This document shows, one piece after another, positions 17,065 to 31,008 of a stretch of DNA of 64,000 nt. The stretch spans positions 4,960,001 to 5,024,000 of the forward strand of contig OX597831.1 in assembly GCA_951406725.2 (NCBI GenBank). The letters are read 5' to 3'. Made by a program: the position numbers and the translations under genes. The first letter of the stretch is position 1. The number at the start of each line of letters is the position of its first letter. Under the pieces are notes generated by a model. It was not told the DNA's origin. It worked only from the letters and a program-made list of their open reading frames with translations, and searched no databases. The DNA comes from Octopus vulgaris (lineage: Eukaryota).

Positions 17065-17096
<32 letters not shown>

Positions 17097-17173
17097 CACA
17101 CGCACGCACACATATATACGTGCATACGTAGAAACCTAAATTAATGGAGGAATTTACAGAACTAAATAAATAC

Positions 17174-17205
<32 letters not shown>

Positions 17206-17217
17206 GTTATACATGCA

Positions 17218-17266
<49 letters not shown>

Positions 17267-17421
17267 CTCATGTGTGATGAGACATATATATGTAGGTATA
17301 TATATATACATTTATATATTTGAAATAGTCTTATATATGTATATATGCATATATATGTGTGTGCATGTATATATATATACGTGAACTTATGTATGTATAT
17401 ACATAATTTTTTTTTTTACTT

Positions 17422-17775
17422 TTGCTTACCAACCACATGGTTCCGTGTTCAGTCCCACTGCGTCACACCTAGGACAAGTGTCTTCTACTATAGCTTCGGA
17501 CTGACCAAAGCCTTGTGTTGGTGGATTTGGTAAGTGGAAACTGAAAGAAGCCCGTCGTATACATATATATATACGTGTGTGTGTGTGTGTGTGTTTGTAT
17601 GCTTATGTTTATCCTACCACCATCACTTGACAACCGATGGTGGTGTGTTTACGTCCCCGTTCGGCAAATAGACCGATAGAATAAGTACTAGGCTTACAAA
17701 GAATAAGTCCTGAGGGCGATTTGTTTGACTAAATGCGGTGCTACAACATGGCCGCAGTCAAATGACTGAAACAAA
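17422..17775 (+). mobile_element. SINE family A copy
   Basis: Matches family A. Confidence 0.9.
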
Positions 17776-18123
17776 TAATATATATATATTCATTTTATAT
17801 ATCCATTTGTATATATGTATATATATATATATAAGGATAAGATCATTATTTAAAATAATGATCTTATCAGGTGGCCAGCATGGGAATAAAAACCTCAAAA
17901 GGTAATAATTATTATTAAAATTATAATTAAGGGTATCTAAGAGATACCCCCATGCTAGAAATAGCAGGCAAAACTTGACTCTAAAACCACACTAAATGTT
18001 TATACAGCACCAGGAGGGAAGACAAAAAAGATAAAATATACTAATATCTATCTATATATATATTTATTCATTTATATATATAAAATATGTATATATATGT
18101 GTATGTATGTATGTATATGTATG

Positions 18124-18196
<73 letters not shown>

Positions 18197-18352
18197 GAAT
18201 TCCAGTTCTGTCTGTTTTTTATGTTTTATTTATATTCTTTATAATATTAATGTAGAATATAGAATATATAGTATAAATAATATATATACTGTAAAATGAA
18301 GAAGTATTGATTGTCTTATTGAATAGATGAAATATTGAATATCAAATATTAA

Positions 18353-18396
18353 GGGACTAGTATACTTTCTTGCACTTAAGCAGTCTTCAAGGTCCC
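18353..18396 (-). ncRNA. Type I hammerhead ribozyme-like motif (variant core)
   Basis: Minus strand: GGGAC-CUUGAAGA-cUGC uuaagu GCAa-GAAA-GUAUAC-UA-GUCCC; perfect 5-bp stem I and palindromic stem III. Confidence 0.6.
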
Positions 18397-18565
<169 letters not shown>

Positions 18566-18799
18566 TAGGAAGATCGAGAGAGAGAGAAGCAGAGAGAGAA
18601 GCAGAGAGAAATATAGAAATAGAGGGAGAGAGAGATAGTAAGCTGTCTTTTCCATGCTTTTGTGTCGAGAGCCATGCTAGTGTGCATTTAGGCACATGCA
18701 TGTACATGTGTCTACAAACGCGAATCTGGGTGTTTACACGTGCAGATTAACTCGCATGTGTAAGGCGTTTCTCAATTGATAAGCAAACAAAATGAGTTA

Positions 18800-18899
<100 letters not shown>

Positions 18900-19046
18900 T
18901 ATATGTGTGTTTTTTTTGTGGAGGTTTGCGTTTTTTTTTTATTATTTTATTAAATTCTACTTACGACGCACCTGTCGCATTTCATTTACGAAACTCATAA
19001 ATATACTCTTACCTGTCACAAATGAATATTATGTACATAACTAAGT

Positions 19047-19294
<248 letters not shown>

Positions 19295-19349
19295 AAAATA
19301 CATAAAATACAATAAATCACTTTGGTATTATTATTATTATTATAATTAT

Positions 19350-19495
19350 TGTGTTCAAATTCCGCTGAGGTCGACTTCGCCTTTCATCCTTTCGGAGTCG
19401 ATAAGTTAAATACCAGTTGAGTACTGGGGGTCGATATAATCGACTTACCCCGCTCCCAAATTTCAGGGCTTTTACCTACGGTAGAAAGGGTTATT
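19350..19495 (+). mobile_element. SINE family B body fragment
   Basis: gttcaaattccgctgaggtcgacttcgcctttcatcctttcgg. Confidence 0.85.
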
Positions 19496-19501
19496 ATTTT
19501 G

Positions 19502-19573
<72 letters not shown>

Positions 19574-19733
19574 GTTGTTATTATTATTATCATTGAGTGA
19601 GAGAGCAGTTCATGCCATCAAAGTGACACTGGGGTAAAATATACGAAGCCCAATATACCCATCATGACTACCCGTCTGATAAAGGTACACCAGGCACATG
19701 CATCACAACCATATGTGCGCGACATGGTGATCT

Positions 19734-19809
<76 letters not shown>

Positions 19810-20199
19810 TGTTATTATTATTTTTTTTTATATCCACGCAACAGAAAAGACTGTTGGAAAAGCATTGTTAAAACTAGTCTTGTGTGTAATTTCAAGTCTC
19901 TTTCACACTGACGCTTCTTATCAAGTCCCGCCTATTCTCCTTTCCATACGTATGCATATACATACATACATACATACATACATACATACATACATACATA
20001 CATACATACATACATACATACATACATACATACATACATACATACATAGACACACACACACACGCACACGCACACATATGGTATTTTATATAAGCTTAAA
20101 ACTTATAGCAATCACCGTGCAATGACTAGAGAAAATAGTCTAACAACCGGGCAAATAAGCTCTCGACAGAAAAAAGAAGGCTCTCCTGAAATATATATA

Positions 20200-20264
<65 letters not shown>

Positions 20265-20444
20265 ATATATACATATATATACACATATATACATGTATAT
20301 ATACATATATATAATAGATATATATACATAAGTATACATGTTTACACATGGTGTTTGCATATATATATGTATATGCACATATATACATAAATATATGTAT
20401 GTTTGTGTGTGTATGTTTGTAAGTATATATTTTTATATAGATAT

Positions 20445-20479
<35 letters not shown>

Positions 20480-21139
20480 CAAATATGTAATGTTAATATA
20501 TGTGTATATGTTGTGTGTGTGTGTGTGTGTTTCTTTGTCTATGTATATCCGTATGCCCTAGGCATGAAGAATACTTTCCCCGAATGTTCCTTCAGGATCT
20601 AGTTCCACATCCAACTGTCGTCACTTGACGAAATGAAACAAGGATAATAATTGTTCTGATATCAGCATATTTGACTAAATCAATGTCGGTGTCCCTCTTA
20701 CACGCCGGTCGGTTACAGTCTAATTACTGGTATTAGCAAATAGAGATGATAATATCTCTCTATATATATTTAATTAAGTGTTTTGTCAATGTATATCATC
20801 ACACAAGCATGAACTCTTTAATGACTTCGTTAAGGTTTTCTCCTCTTTCTTTATGCCTATGTCTTCCATTTGTACGTAGCCATTGTATATTTGTAAGTAT
20901 GTGGCTGGTTTATATGTGTGTGTATATCTGTTTGTGTGATTGTGACTGTTGCCATATGAATAAGCTAGTGGTGAGTGATCGTGAGCATAAGTGTAAGCAA
21001 GAGTTTGTTTTCGTTTCAGTCATACACACAGACACTCAATTTCACTGGAGCGATCTAGTGAAACGAATACACACACAACAAATCAAAACATAATGGTTGA
21101 AAGCGATGTGACAACTTTAACTACTGTGTGAATTCGAAA

Positions 21140-21490
21140 GAATATCCGACGTCTAGAAAATATAACTTTCAGCTAAGAATAGGGCATGTATAAGGCGAAA
21201 AGCAGCCACTGTGATGACTTTTATGAAAAAACAAGTGGAAGACGTCCATGTAGCGAGGTCTTATTATATAACACCACTCTCAGAGTACGAAAGACTGTGC
21301 AATATCCGACGTCTAGAAAATATAACTTTTAGCTAAGAATAGGGCATGTATAGGCCGAAAAGCAGCCACTGTGATGATTTTATGAAAAAACGAGTGGAAG
21401 AAGACGTCCGTGTAGTGGGGTCTTATTATATAAGACCACTGTCAGTCAAATTTAACCTGGTATCTGTACGTGTATACGAAAGTCTGTGCA
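21140..21490. repeat. Tandem duplication, about 161-bp unit
   Basis: aatatccgacgtctagaaaatataacttt starts at about 21140 and again at 21301. Confidence 0.9.
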
Positions 21491-21856
21491 GGATTTTCAA
21501 GAAGACAAGCAATCGTTATGTGGTCATATATCTCTTCTCCTTGTACTCATGGTTAATCAAGAAAAAGAACTATTACTCGAGTTGTTACAGCTTGGAACTG
21601 TTATTGCTCCAAGTGGGTCTCTCAGAATTCAGTGATCCAGAAAATATAACAAAAGACATGACATCTGATATTCTGCCAATCTTGAATAGGTACGTTTTTT
21701 TTTCGACACCGAAAGAATCAAATGTGAAGATGAATTCGACAGGAGTTGAACGCAAATCGCATTTACTCAGTAAACTTACCGAAAGGCAGTATAAATATCG
21801 ATCTAAACAATTTGCCAGTTTGGCCACATGAGATTCATGAATACATAACATGTATA

Positions 21857-22014
21857 CGCAGGAGTGGCTGTCTGTTAAGAGGCTTGCTTTGCAACCCCAT
21901 GGTTCTGGTTTCAGTCCAACTGCGTGGCACCTTGGGCAAGTGTCTCTTACTATAACCTCGAGCTGACCAAAGCCTTGTGAGTGGAATTGGTAGACGGAAA
22001 CTGAAAAAAGCCCG

Positions 22015-22080
<66 letters not shown>

Positions 22081-22300
22081 GTATGAGTGTGTTTGTGTGT
22101 CTGTATTTGTTTCCCCATCCCAACTCTAGACAAACAATGTTAGTGTGTTTACGTTCCCGTAACTTAGCGGTTCGGCAAGACACCGACTGCAGAAGTACTA
22201 GGTTTACAAAAAAAAAAAGCCCTGGAGTTGATTCGCTCGACTAAAAGCGGTGCTCCAGCATGACCACAGTCAAATAACTGAAACAAATAAAAGAATAACA
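21857..22300 (+). mobile_element. SINE family A copy
   Basis: Head, internal (GT)n and tail all present. Confidence 0.9.
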
Positions 22301-22653
22301 GAATGTATGATGTAACAGCTGTGGAATACGATTATATATTTTTACATAGTGCAAACATTAGATGGTATCGAACGCAGTATTCTAGGAAGAGTAGATGGAT
22401 GGTTATTATATACTTTATGAGGTTCAACATTAACAAGGCTCTTAACGATTGACAACTTTGATATTATGTATGTTTAAACGTGTGTATATTTATGCTTTAT
22501 ATATTTAGATATATACTCTTAAGCATTTTTATATGTGTGTGTGTTTGTCTATATATCTCTTATTAGAATATATAGATAAGTTGGCATACATAAGGCTATA
22601 CGCATTTCTCTACATACTACAAAACACACGCACACCTACACTCACACAAACAC

Positions 22654-22699
<46 letters not shown>

Positions 22700-22834
22700 G
22701 TTTACATATATAAGTATATATGTATATATGTTTACATATATAAGTATACATGTATGGGAATGCAAAATACATCTATGAATATACTCCTGAACACACACAA
22801 ACATGTGCGTGCGTGTGTGTGTATACATACATAC

Positions 22835-22880
<46 letters not shown>

Positions 22881-23288
22881 ATATATATACATACCTATAT
22901 GCATCCTTACAACTAATTTCAATCGCAACACAGCAATATACAGAGTTATATATATAGACATATGCATACTTATATACATAATGCTATATATAGATATATA
23001 TACATACATATATGGCAATATATGTGTGTGTGTGTGTGATGTATTATATACACTTAATATATCCATAATCAGTGAATAGCCTCTAATTACTCCCTGGCAA
23101 ATATCTTTTCAAATTTCCTGATCTTTAATTAATAATCGGTTAATTATTAATCAGGAAAGTTTAACATCATCTCTTCTAACATCACTGCAAGTATATCATC
23201 AAATTATATTTCTTATGTTTTTTTTATATAAGTGGGTGTACATATATGCATGTGTGTGTGTGTGTGTGTGAGTGAATTATTATATGTG

Positions 23289-23348
<60 letters not shown>

Positions 23349-23382
23349 AATGTATGTATGTATAAATATTTGTGTAAAGGTG

Positions 23383-23423
<41 letters not shown>

Positions 23424-23624
23424 TTGTTTGTGTATGTATGCATGGTCACTCACACACAGACACACACGCATACATATATATCTTTAAATATACATTGATG
23501 TGTGTGTGTGTGTGTGTATTGGGACATATATGTATGTCTGTATATATGCATAAATATTCATAAAAATATGTATATTCATGTATATATATATGAATATGAC
23601 ATATATATATATATATATATATAT

Positions 23625-23990
23625 TCTTTTATTTTGTTATTTGTTTCAATCATTTGACCGCCTTTTAATCGATGAAATCTACCCTGGGCCCTATTTTTGT
23701 AAGCCTGGTGCTTCTTCTATCGATATCTTTGGCGACCCGCTAGCGTACACGGTCATAAACACACCAACATGAGTTCGTGGCGTGGACAAACAAAGACACA
23801 AACTCACATAAATATATACATGTATATATATACGACGGGCTTCTTTCAGTTTCCGTCTACCAAATCTACTCACAAGGCTTTGGTGGGTCTGGGGCTATAG
23901 TACAAGGCATTTTCCCAAGGTGTCACACAGTGGGGCTGAACCCGGAACCATGCGGTTAGGAAGCAAGCTTCTTATCTCACAGCCACGCCT
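23625..23990 (-). mobile_element. SINE family A copy (diverged)
   Basis: Reverse complement of family A. Confidence 0.8.
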
Positions 23991-24008
23991 GTGCACTTAT
24001 ATATATAC

Positions 24009-24043
<35 letters not shown>

Positions 24044-25072
24044 CATAGATATATTTATATATATACATGTATATATATATATATATATTTATACACACAT
24101 TTATATATATGTGTATATATATATGTACGTGTGTTTAATTTTATATCTATATATATGTAAACTATATGTGTGTGTGTGTTTGTATATATAATATATATAT
24201 ATATATATATAGATATATATATATTAATACACATATCTACATCTAAGCTTATAAACATATATACATATCTGTATAAATATATATATATGTATGTTTTATA
24301 TACACATACATCATTATAAGCATATAAATATATATAAATGCATATATGCATATATATATATATATATATATACATACATATATAGTTATTATAAATCCCG
24401 TTATCTTTTGCAATGGTGGCTCCACTATTCTCATTTTCTGATTAGCTTATTTGTATTTGATGGCGGAACTATTGTTTTAACAATCTATGACCTTCGTCGT
24501 TAATGGGGTGACTTCGTTTACAGTTTGTGAGACCCCCAAACTAGTAATCTCATGCTGATTACCTTCTGTTTCATCCAATCTATTGTTCGCCCCTCTAAGT
24601 GGTCGTTCAACCTCGAAGAAATAGCTGCTAAATACCCTCCAATCCCTCAGATCATTGCATCACGTTTTGAAATATTTCTGACCAATTTCATTTCCTTTTG
24701 ATTTGAGAGGAAAGTCAACCGAATCAGACGACATCATACTGACGACTTCGATGTGTTTGGTCATCAGTTGCTATTAGGTCAGGTTTGATTTAGTGTTAAA
24801 ATAATATAAACTATATTGTTCTCATCGTAATAATACGAACACTGTATCATTCTTTCGTCTTCCAATCTCATTTTGGACTGCGACATTTAGGTTCAAATCT
24901 GGCCTATGTTAAAATTCTCCTTCATCCCTCCGGGGTCGATACAACGGTACCAATTAAATATAGAGTTGATTCTTCTCTCATATTTTCTCTTTCTTTCTTT
25001 CTTTCTTTCCTTCTTTCTTTCTTTCCTTCTTTCTTTTTTCTTCCTTCCATTCTTTCTTTCTTTCTCTCTCCC

Positions 25073-25104
<32 letters not shown>

Positions 25105-25105
<1 letters not shown>

Positions 25106-25500
25106 CTCTTTTACTCTCTTTTACTTTCTTCAGTCATTTGACTGCGGCATAGCTGGGGCACCGCATTTAGTCGAGCAAATCGACCCCAGGACTTATTATT
25201 TGTAAGTCTAGTACTTATTCTATCGGTCTCTCTTGCTGAACCACTAAGTTACGGGGACGTAAACACACCACCATCGGTTGTCAAGCGATATTGGGGGGAA
25301 CAAACACAGACACACAATCATATACACACATACATATATACATATATATATATATGACGAGCTTCTTTCAGTTTCCGTCTACCAAATCCATTCACAAGGC
25401 TATAGTTGAAGACACTTGCCCAAGGTGCCACGCAGTGAGAATGAACCCGGAACCATGTGGTTGGTAAACAAGCTACTTACCACACAGCCACTCCTGCGTC
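25105..25500 (-). mobile_element. SINE family A copy
   Basis: Reverse complement of family A with a small internal deletion. Confidence 0.9.
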
Positions 25501-25529
25501 TATATATAAATTTATTTTGTGAATTCTTT

Positions 25530-25634
<105 letters not shown>

Positions 25635-25689
25635 AAAAATTTAGAGAATAACACCGAACCAGAAGCTTGAAAAATATTCTTGAAGCTGT

Positions 25690-26050
25690 GGGCCGGTGAA
25701 CAATCACGCTCGATGAATTTCTGGATTAATGAAACGTGACAAGATGAGTTGTTCGGAGGTCAGAGAGTTTCTCCAGGACGAACCGTTGCTTCTCCGCATT
25801 GTGGGGTATCAGCTCTGGTACTATGGACATGTCACTAGAATGTCGCAGGAAAAACTCGCAAAACGGATTCTTCAAGCCGAGCCAACCTGCAGCAGAGCTA
25901 AAGGTAACCCAAATCTCAGTTGGTTACGCTTGGGAATCCAAACCGATAGGTGTAATGGCAATTGCTTTTGCTAGAATCCTATGAAGAAGATACTTGAGGT
26001 TTCTACCCCGACGACTCTCCCACGAATAGTAGACAAAGGGGGAAAAAATG
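25690..26050 (+). mobile_element. RTE-type LINE fragment (post-RT C-terminal region), degenerate
   Basis: ORF 25729-25974 RDKMSCSEVREFLQDEPLLLRIVGYQLWYYGHVTRMSQEKLAKRIL matches the RDxxxNxxxR...LxWxGHVxRM...xxKxxL pattern of RTE-clade ORFs. Confidence 0.75.
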
Positions 26051-26535
26051 ACTGAATGGATATTTACAGATTAATATTAAGGAAGACAGAAATATTCCAG
26101 AAAATAAAAATACTTGAGGTCGTAAATATTGCTGAATATTGAATTATGAAAACAATAGAGCTTGTAATAAAGGTCATCGATCATTTCTTTTATTGACAAT
26201 TCATCGATAAATGCTCAGGCACGTCCAAGAATTTGTATCACTAGTCTACCCAATCATATATTATATGGTCTTGATGCTCTGTTGCGTATATCATTTATAG
26301 TACTTCATCCGTCATTTTCTGTTCGGTATATACGTGTCTAGAGTACTCGACGGTCTGAACAGAGCTATGGATACACATGTTTATTGCTGAGCAATTCATA
26401 GAGCTGTCTATGTGTGTATGCATATATATGCATATATACAATGTGTATATATATGTGTGTGTTTGTGTGTGTATGCATAATATAAATAAAAATATCTATG
26501 CATATATACATACGTATATGCACATACATTTATAC

Positions 26536-26576
<41 letters not shown>

Positions 26577-26676
26577 TCAGTATATGTGTATGTATGTTTG
26601 TGTGAATATATATAGTATATATAAGGAATGAATATGCATACATATATATATTTATATATATATGTATATGTATACA

Positions 26677-26969
26677 TTATAATTAGGATTCAGCAAAGAT
26701 TTGCTTTACCACATACCGAAGTTTAGAAATAGCAGCCCAAAAGCTTTAGCTATTTCTTCTACTTTAAAAAGGGACTCCCAGGAAAAAACAAAATACCTGA
26801 AAACAGGTATTTCTAAACTTCGGTATGTAGTAAAGCAAGTCTTTGCTGAACCCTAATTATAAAGTATTACTTAAGTTTACCATGAAATGGTCCTTTTTCA
26901 TGCCGAATTCTACTTGGTGAAATTATTGATTACTTCTTAATTAATTAATTTTACCCTTTGTTATTATAG
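26677..26969. mobile_element. (TA)n-embedded fold-back element (55-bp arms plus about 107-bp tail)
   Basis: 26677-26731 is the reverse complement of 26808-26862 with 3 mismatches. Confidence 0.75.
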
Positions 26970-26973
26970 TATA

Positions 26974-27017
<44 letters not shown>

Positions 27018-27018
27018 G

Positions 27019-27085
<67 letters not shown>

Positions 27086-27282
27086 GTATGTGTGCGTGTG
27101 TATGTATGTGTGTGTACACACATATACACACACATAACAGAAAAAGAAATGACAAAAGAATAAGCGAATATCTTATGAACTTCGTTAGCTTACAGTTTTT
27201 TTCCGCCATAAGATGTGGTGGGCTCTTAGTGGAGTACTTGAGTAGAACCTTTATGGCTTAGAATACATTATCATTATTATTA

Positions 27283-27376
<94 letters not shown>

Positions 27377-27380
27377 GAGG

Positions 27381-27512
27381 AACAGTATAACTCGGCGTCC
27401 TGCGACTTAAATTTTCTGAGGCTTGTCAAACGAATCTGTCACATCAGGCATTGAGACGTTTGTTTGACGAGCCAAGGAAACTTTACGTTACATGGAGCCG
27501 ACTCAGAATGTT
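27381..27512. repeat. Imperfect palindrome (old MITE-like hairpin)
   Basis: ggcttgtcaaacgaa pairs with tttgtttgacgagcc; arms extend outward imperfectly to about 54 bp. Confidence 0.7.
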
Positions 27513-27562
27513 ACTAAATAATACATGTAACTCTTTACTTTCTTTCGTTTTCCACTCACTCG

Positions 27563-27609
<47 letters not shown>

Positions 27610-27995
27610 CTTATTGTGCATCATCCTAGCTGTGCAAACGTGCAGAGGTTTTACAGCGAATGTGACGTCAGAGCTAGTATTACGTCACAGTTCATATGAC
27701 GTCACAGCTACTGCGGTGTATCGCTGACAAGGGAAACCTCGCCGACCTAGTCGACTTTACGATGTTTAAAGTGCAGAGAATGACGAAGTCATTGAGATGC
27801 TAACTACAAATGGTGTGTCAGCTGAAAATGTCGAGTTCAAGTTGTGTGCTAGGCTGAAATAACGCTAGATATACCAAAAGACACCCAAGTATTGCATTTT
27901 ACATTCGTAGGCGTGCAAATACTTTGTTTAGCCTCGTCCTTGGAATCTTCAGATTAGCAGAGCACTGGAGAAACAATATATATATATATTTATAT

Positions 27996-28443
27996 AAGGC
28001 GGTGAGCTGACAGAGCCGTTAGCACGCCGGGCGAAATGCTTAGCAGTATTTCGTCAGTCTTTACGTTCTGAGTTCAAATTCCGCCGAGGTCGACTTTGCC
28101 TTTCAACCTTTCGGGGTCGATAAATTAAGTGCCAGTTACGCACTGGGGTCGATATAATCGACTTAATCCCTTTGTCTGTCCTTGTTTGTCCCCTCTGTGT
28201 GTAGCCCCTTGAGGGCAGTATAGAAATAAGAAACTTTAGTACGCCGGACGAAATGCTGGCAGTTTTTCGTCTGTCTTTGCGTTCTGAGTTCAAATTCCGC
28301 CGAGGTCGACTTTGCCTTTCAACCTTTCGGGGTCGATAAATTAAGTACCAGTTGCGTACTGGGGTCGATCTAATCGACTGAATCCCTCCGCCAAAATGTT
28401 GGCCCTTGTGCCTAGAGTAGAAAAGTGCCTAGAGTAGAAAAGA
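27996..28443 (+). mobile_element. SINE family B, dimeric
   Basis: aaggcggtgagctgacagagccgttagcacgccggg head and two body modules with different tails. Confidence 0.92.
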
Positions 28444-28498
<55 letters not shown>

Positions 28499-28499
<1 letters not shown>

Positions 28500-28633
28500 A
28501 TTGCAAAGATAATCTGGAACTGGACTAAGGAAAGAAAACTTCGAATGACCCTTCCGTGTTTTTTTTCTTGTCCCTCTTTTGTATCATCTGTCTGGATGTC
28601 TTGTGTTCTTGTCCCATTTTTTGGTATTCCCTT
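28499..28633 (+). mobile_element. Short microsatellite-embedded element, family F1
   Basis: attgcaaagataatctgg...cttcgaatgaccc...ttcttgtcccatttt followed by (TA)n. Confidence 0.7.
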
Positions 28634-29113
28634 ATATATATATATACATACATATATATATTTATACACACACATCAGAGTTAAGGTTTGGAGTAGATAA
28701 GATATATCCTTGGTCTGAAGAATACCCTGCGGTATTCACCTCGCTTGGATATTTACCAATTCCGATCCGAGGTTCCACTCGCTATGAAATATATGTAGCC
28801 TGTATCAGTCCTCCTAGCTGTAAAAAGGGTACAACACTGTGGTATAGTACACTTAACTTCCAATATCCCTGTCGACATAACTGTGAACTGACACAACAGC
28901 GTTATAAAATCCACTATACCTTTGTCGGCCGATTTAAGAGTTCACTTGATGACGAAAGAGAAAGCACTGTAAGACGCTCTAGCGTTCTATCCAGTGGGAG
29001 CGGCTCAAAGATTTAATTTTACGAATTGTTTTTGTAATGTTGTTATTATTGTGAATGTTTTTATTGCTATTATTTGCTGTTGTTCATGGATGATTTCGGC
29101 TATAGTGCTCTAC

Positions 29114-29191
<78 letters not shown>

Positions 29192-29580
29192 CACAGCAGC
29201 TACTGTTATGCACTGTTGTTGTTGTTGTTGTTGTTACCGGCAATATTTCACTAACCATAAAAGTATTGGTGTAAAAAACTCATCGAAGTGTGACGAGCTA
29301 TTAACATTCCATAAACTATATGAATAAGCATACACACACGCATACACACGCGCGCACACTCACGCACACGGACGTACAACCACACACATTCATACGCTTC
29401 TACACACACACACACACACACACACACAAGCACCTAGACAAACGAACACAGACCCACAGACGCACGCACACCCTTTTTTTTATGTGATGCTTAAAACTGT
29501 TAGAAATTATTCAGGAATTTCGAGTTTTGAGAAAAAAATCGTGGTCCTGTTTTTCGACATAAAAGCTTGTGTATGCACGG

Positions 29581-29730
29581 ATGTATGTATGTATGTATGT
29601 ATGTATGTATGTATGTATGTATGTATGTATGCATGTATGTATGTATGTATGTATGTATGTATGTATGTATGTATGTATGTATGTATGTATGTATGTATGT
29701 ATGTATGTATGTATGTATGTATGTATGTAT
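29581..29730. repeat. (TATG)n microsatellite
   Basis: Direct reading. Confidence 0.97.
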
Positions 29731-30018
29731 AAGTGTGTGTATGTATATGTATTATATGTATATATGTATGTATATGCATATATATATATATATAATATAC
29801 ACACATATACACATATATATATTATATGTATGTGTATATATATATGTGTGTATTCACGATATATATATATATATATATCGTGAATACACACACATATACA
29901 CATATATATATTATATGTATGTGCATATATATGTGTGTGTATTCACGATATATATATATATATATATATATACGATATATATACATACATATGTATATAC
30001 ACATATATATATACGTAT

Positions 30019-30050
<32 letters not shown>

Positions 30051-30294
30051 GCATACACACATGCACATACACACACACACATACATGAGTGGTAGTGTCA
30101 AAGTTGCTTACGAGTCATTCCAAACCGGTGTAATGGGGCTTTAATAATCCCCCTCAACAAGTGTGGGATAGATATGAACATGGAGGGATCCGAAAGGGAT
30201 TAGGCTATGGGCCCCGAAGGGCTGGATATTTGAATAGATGCTTGGCCTGTGTGACCAGAGTAAGAAAAAGTGGGTGCATTAAGAGATGGGAGCC

Positions 30295-30405
30295 GGAGCC
30301 GAGCCAGCTCCTAGAAGTAGAGGCCGTTATAGTAGGGGTAAAAGAGGCAGAGGGAGAGGACACAGCGCGCTCGTGAAACAGAGATTTAAGTGGAAGCTGA
30401 TTTCT
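30295..30405 (-). mobile_element. Degenerate LINE fragment (CR1/L2/Jockey-group C-terminal motif)
   Basis: With one frameshift the minus strand reads LKSLFHERAVSS/LCLFYPYYNGLYF*ELA, resembling the LxxLxHRRxVxSLxLFYRYYxGxCSxEL motif of these LINEs. Confidence 0.6.
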
Positions 30406-30512
30406 GAAAGCATACAAGTTATGCAGCCTCTCAGTGACATCTATTCTCTCTCCCTCTCTTACAGACTCTCTCTCTCTCTCTCGCACTCCCTCCCCCCTCT
30501 CCCTCTCTCTCC

Positions 30513-30554
<42 letters not shown>

Positions 30555-30599
30555 CCCTCTCTCTGCGTGGCATGCATATGTGTGATCGTGGGTATATAT

Positions 30600-30809
30600 A
30601 CTCTTTTCACTTTTTTACTCGTTTCAGGCATTTGACTGCGGCCATGCTGGAGCACCGCCTTTAGTCGAGCAAATCGACCCTAGGACTTACTCTTTGTAAG
30701 CCTAGTACTTATTCTATCGGTCTCTTTTTGCTGAATTGCTAATGTTACGGTGACGTAAACACACCAGCATCGGTTGTCAAGCGATGTTGGTGGTACAACA
30801 CAGACACAA

Positions 30810-30842
<33 letters not shown>

Positions 30843-31008
30843 CACGACGGGCTTCTTTCAGTTTCCATCTACCAAATCCACTCACAAGACTTTGGTCGGC
30901 CCGAGGCTATAGCAGAAGACACTTGCCCAAGGTGCCACACAGTGGGAATGAACCCGGAACAATGTGGTTGGTAAGCAAGCTACTTACCACACAGCCACTC
31001 CTGCACCT
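30600..31008 (-). mobile_element. SINE family A copy, full length
   Basis: Reverse complement of family A from head to tail. Confidence 0.92.

Noticed and set aside
23113-23160. tttcctgat...atcaggaaa hairpin
   Set aside because: Short, AT-rich and single; compatible with chance
28712-28740. ctgaagaataccctgcggtattc hairpin after CUGAAGA, within a 145-aa ORF
   Set aside because: No GAAA box follows the helix; the ORF starts in repeat sequence and has no recognisable motif
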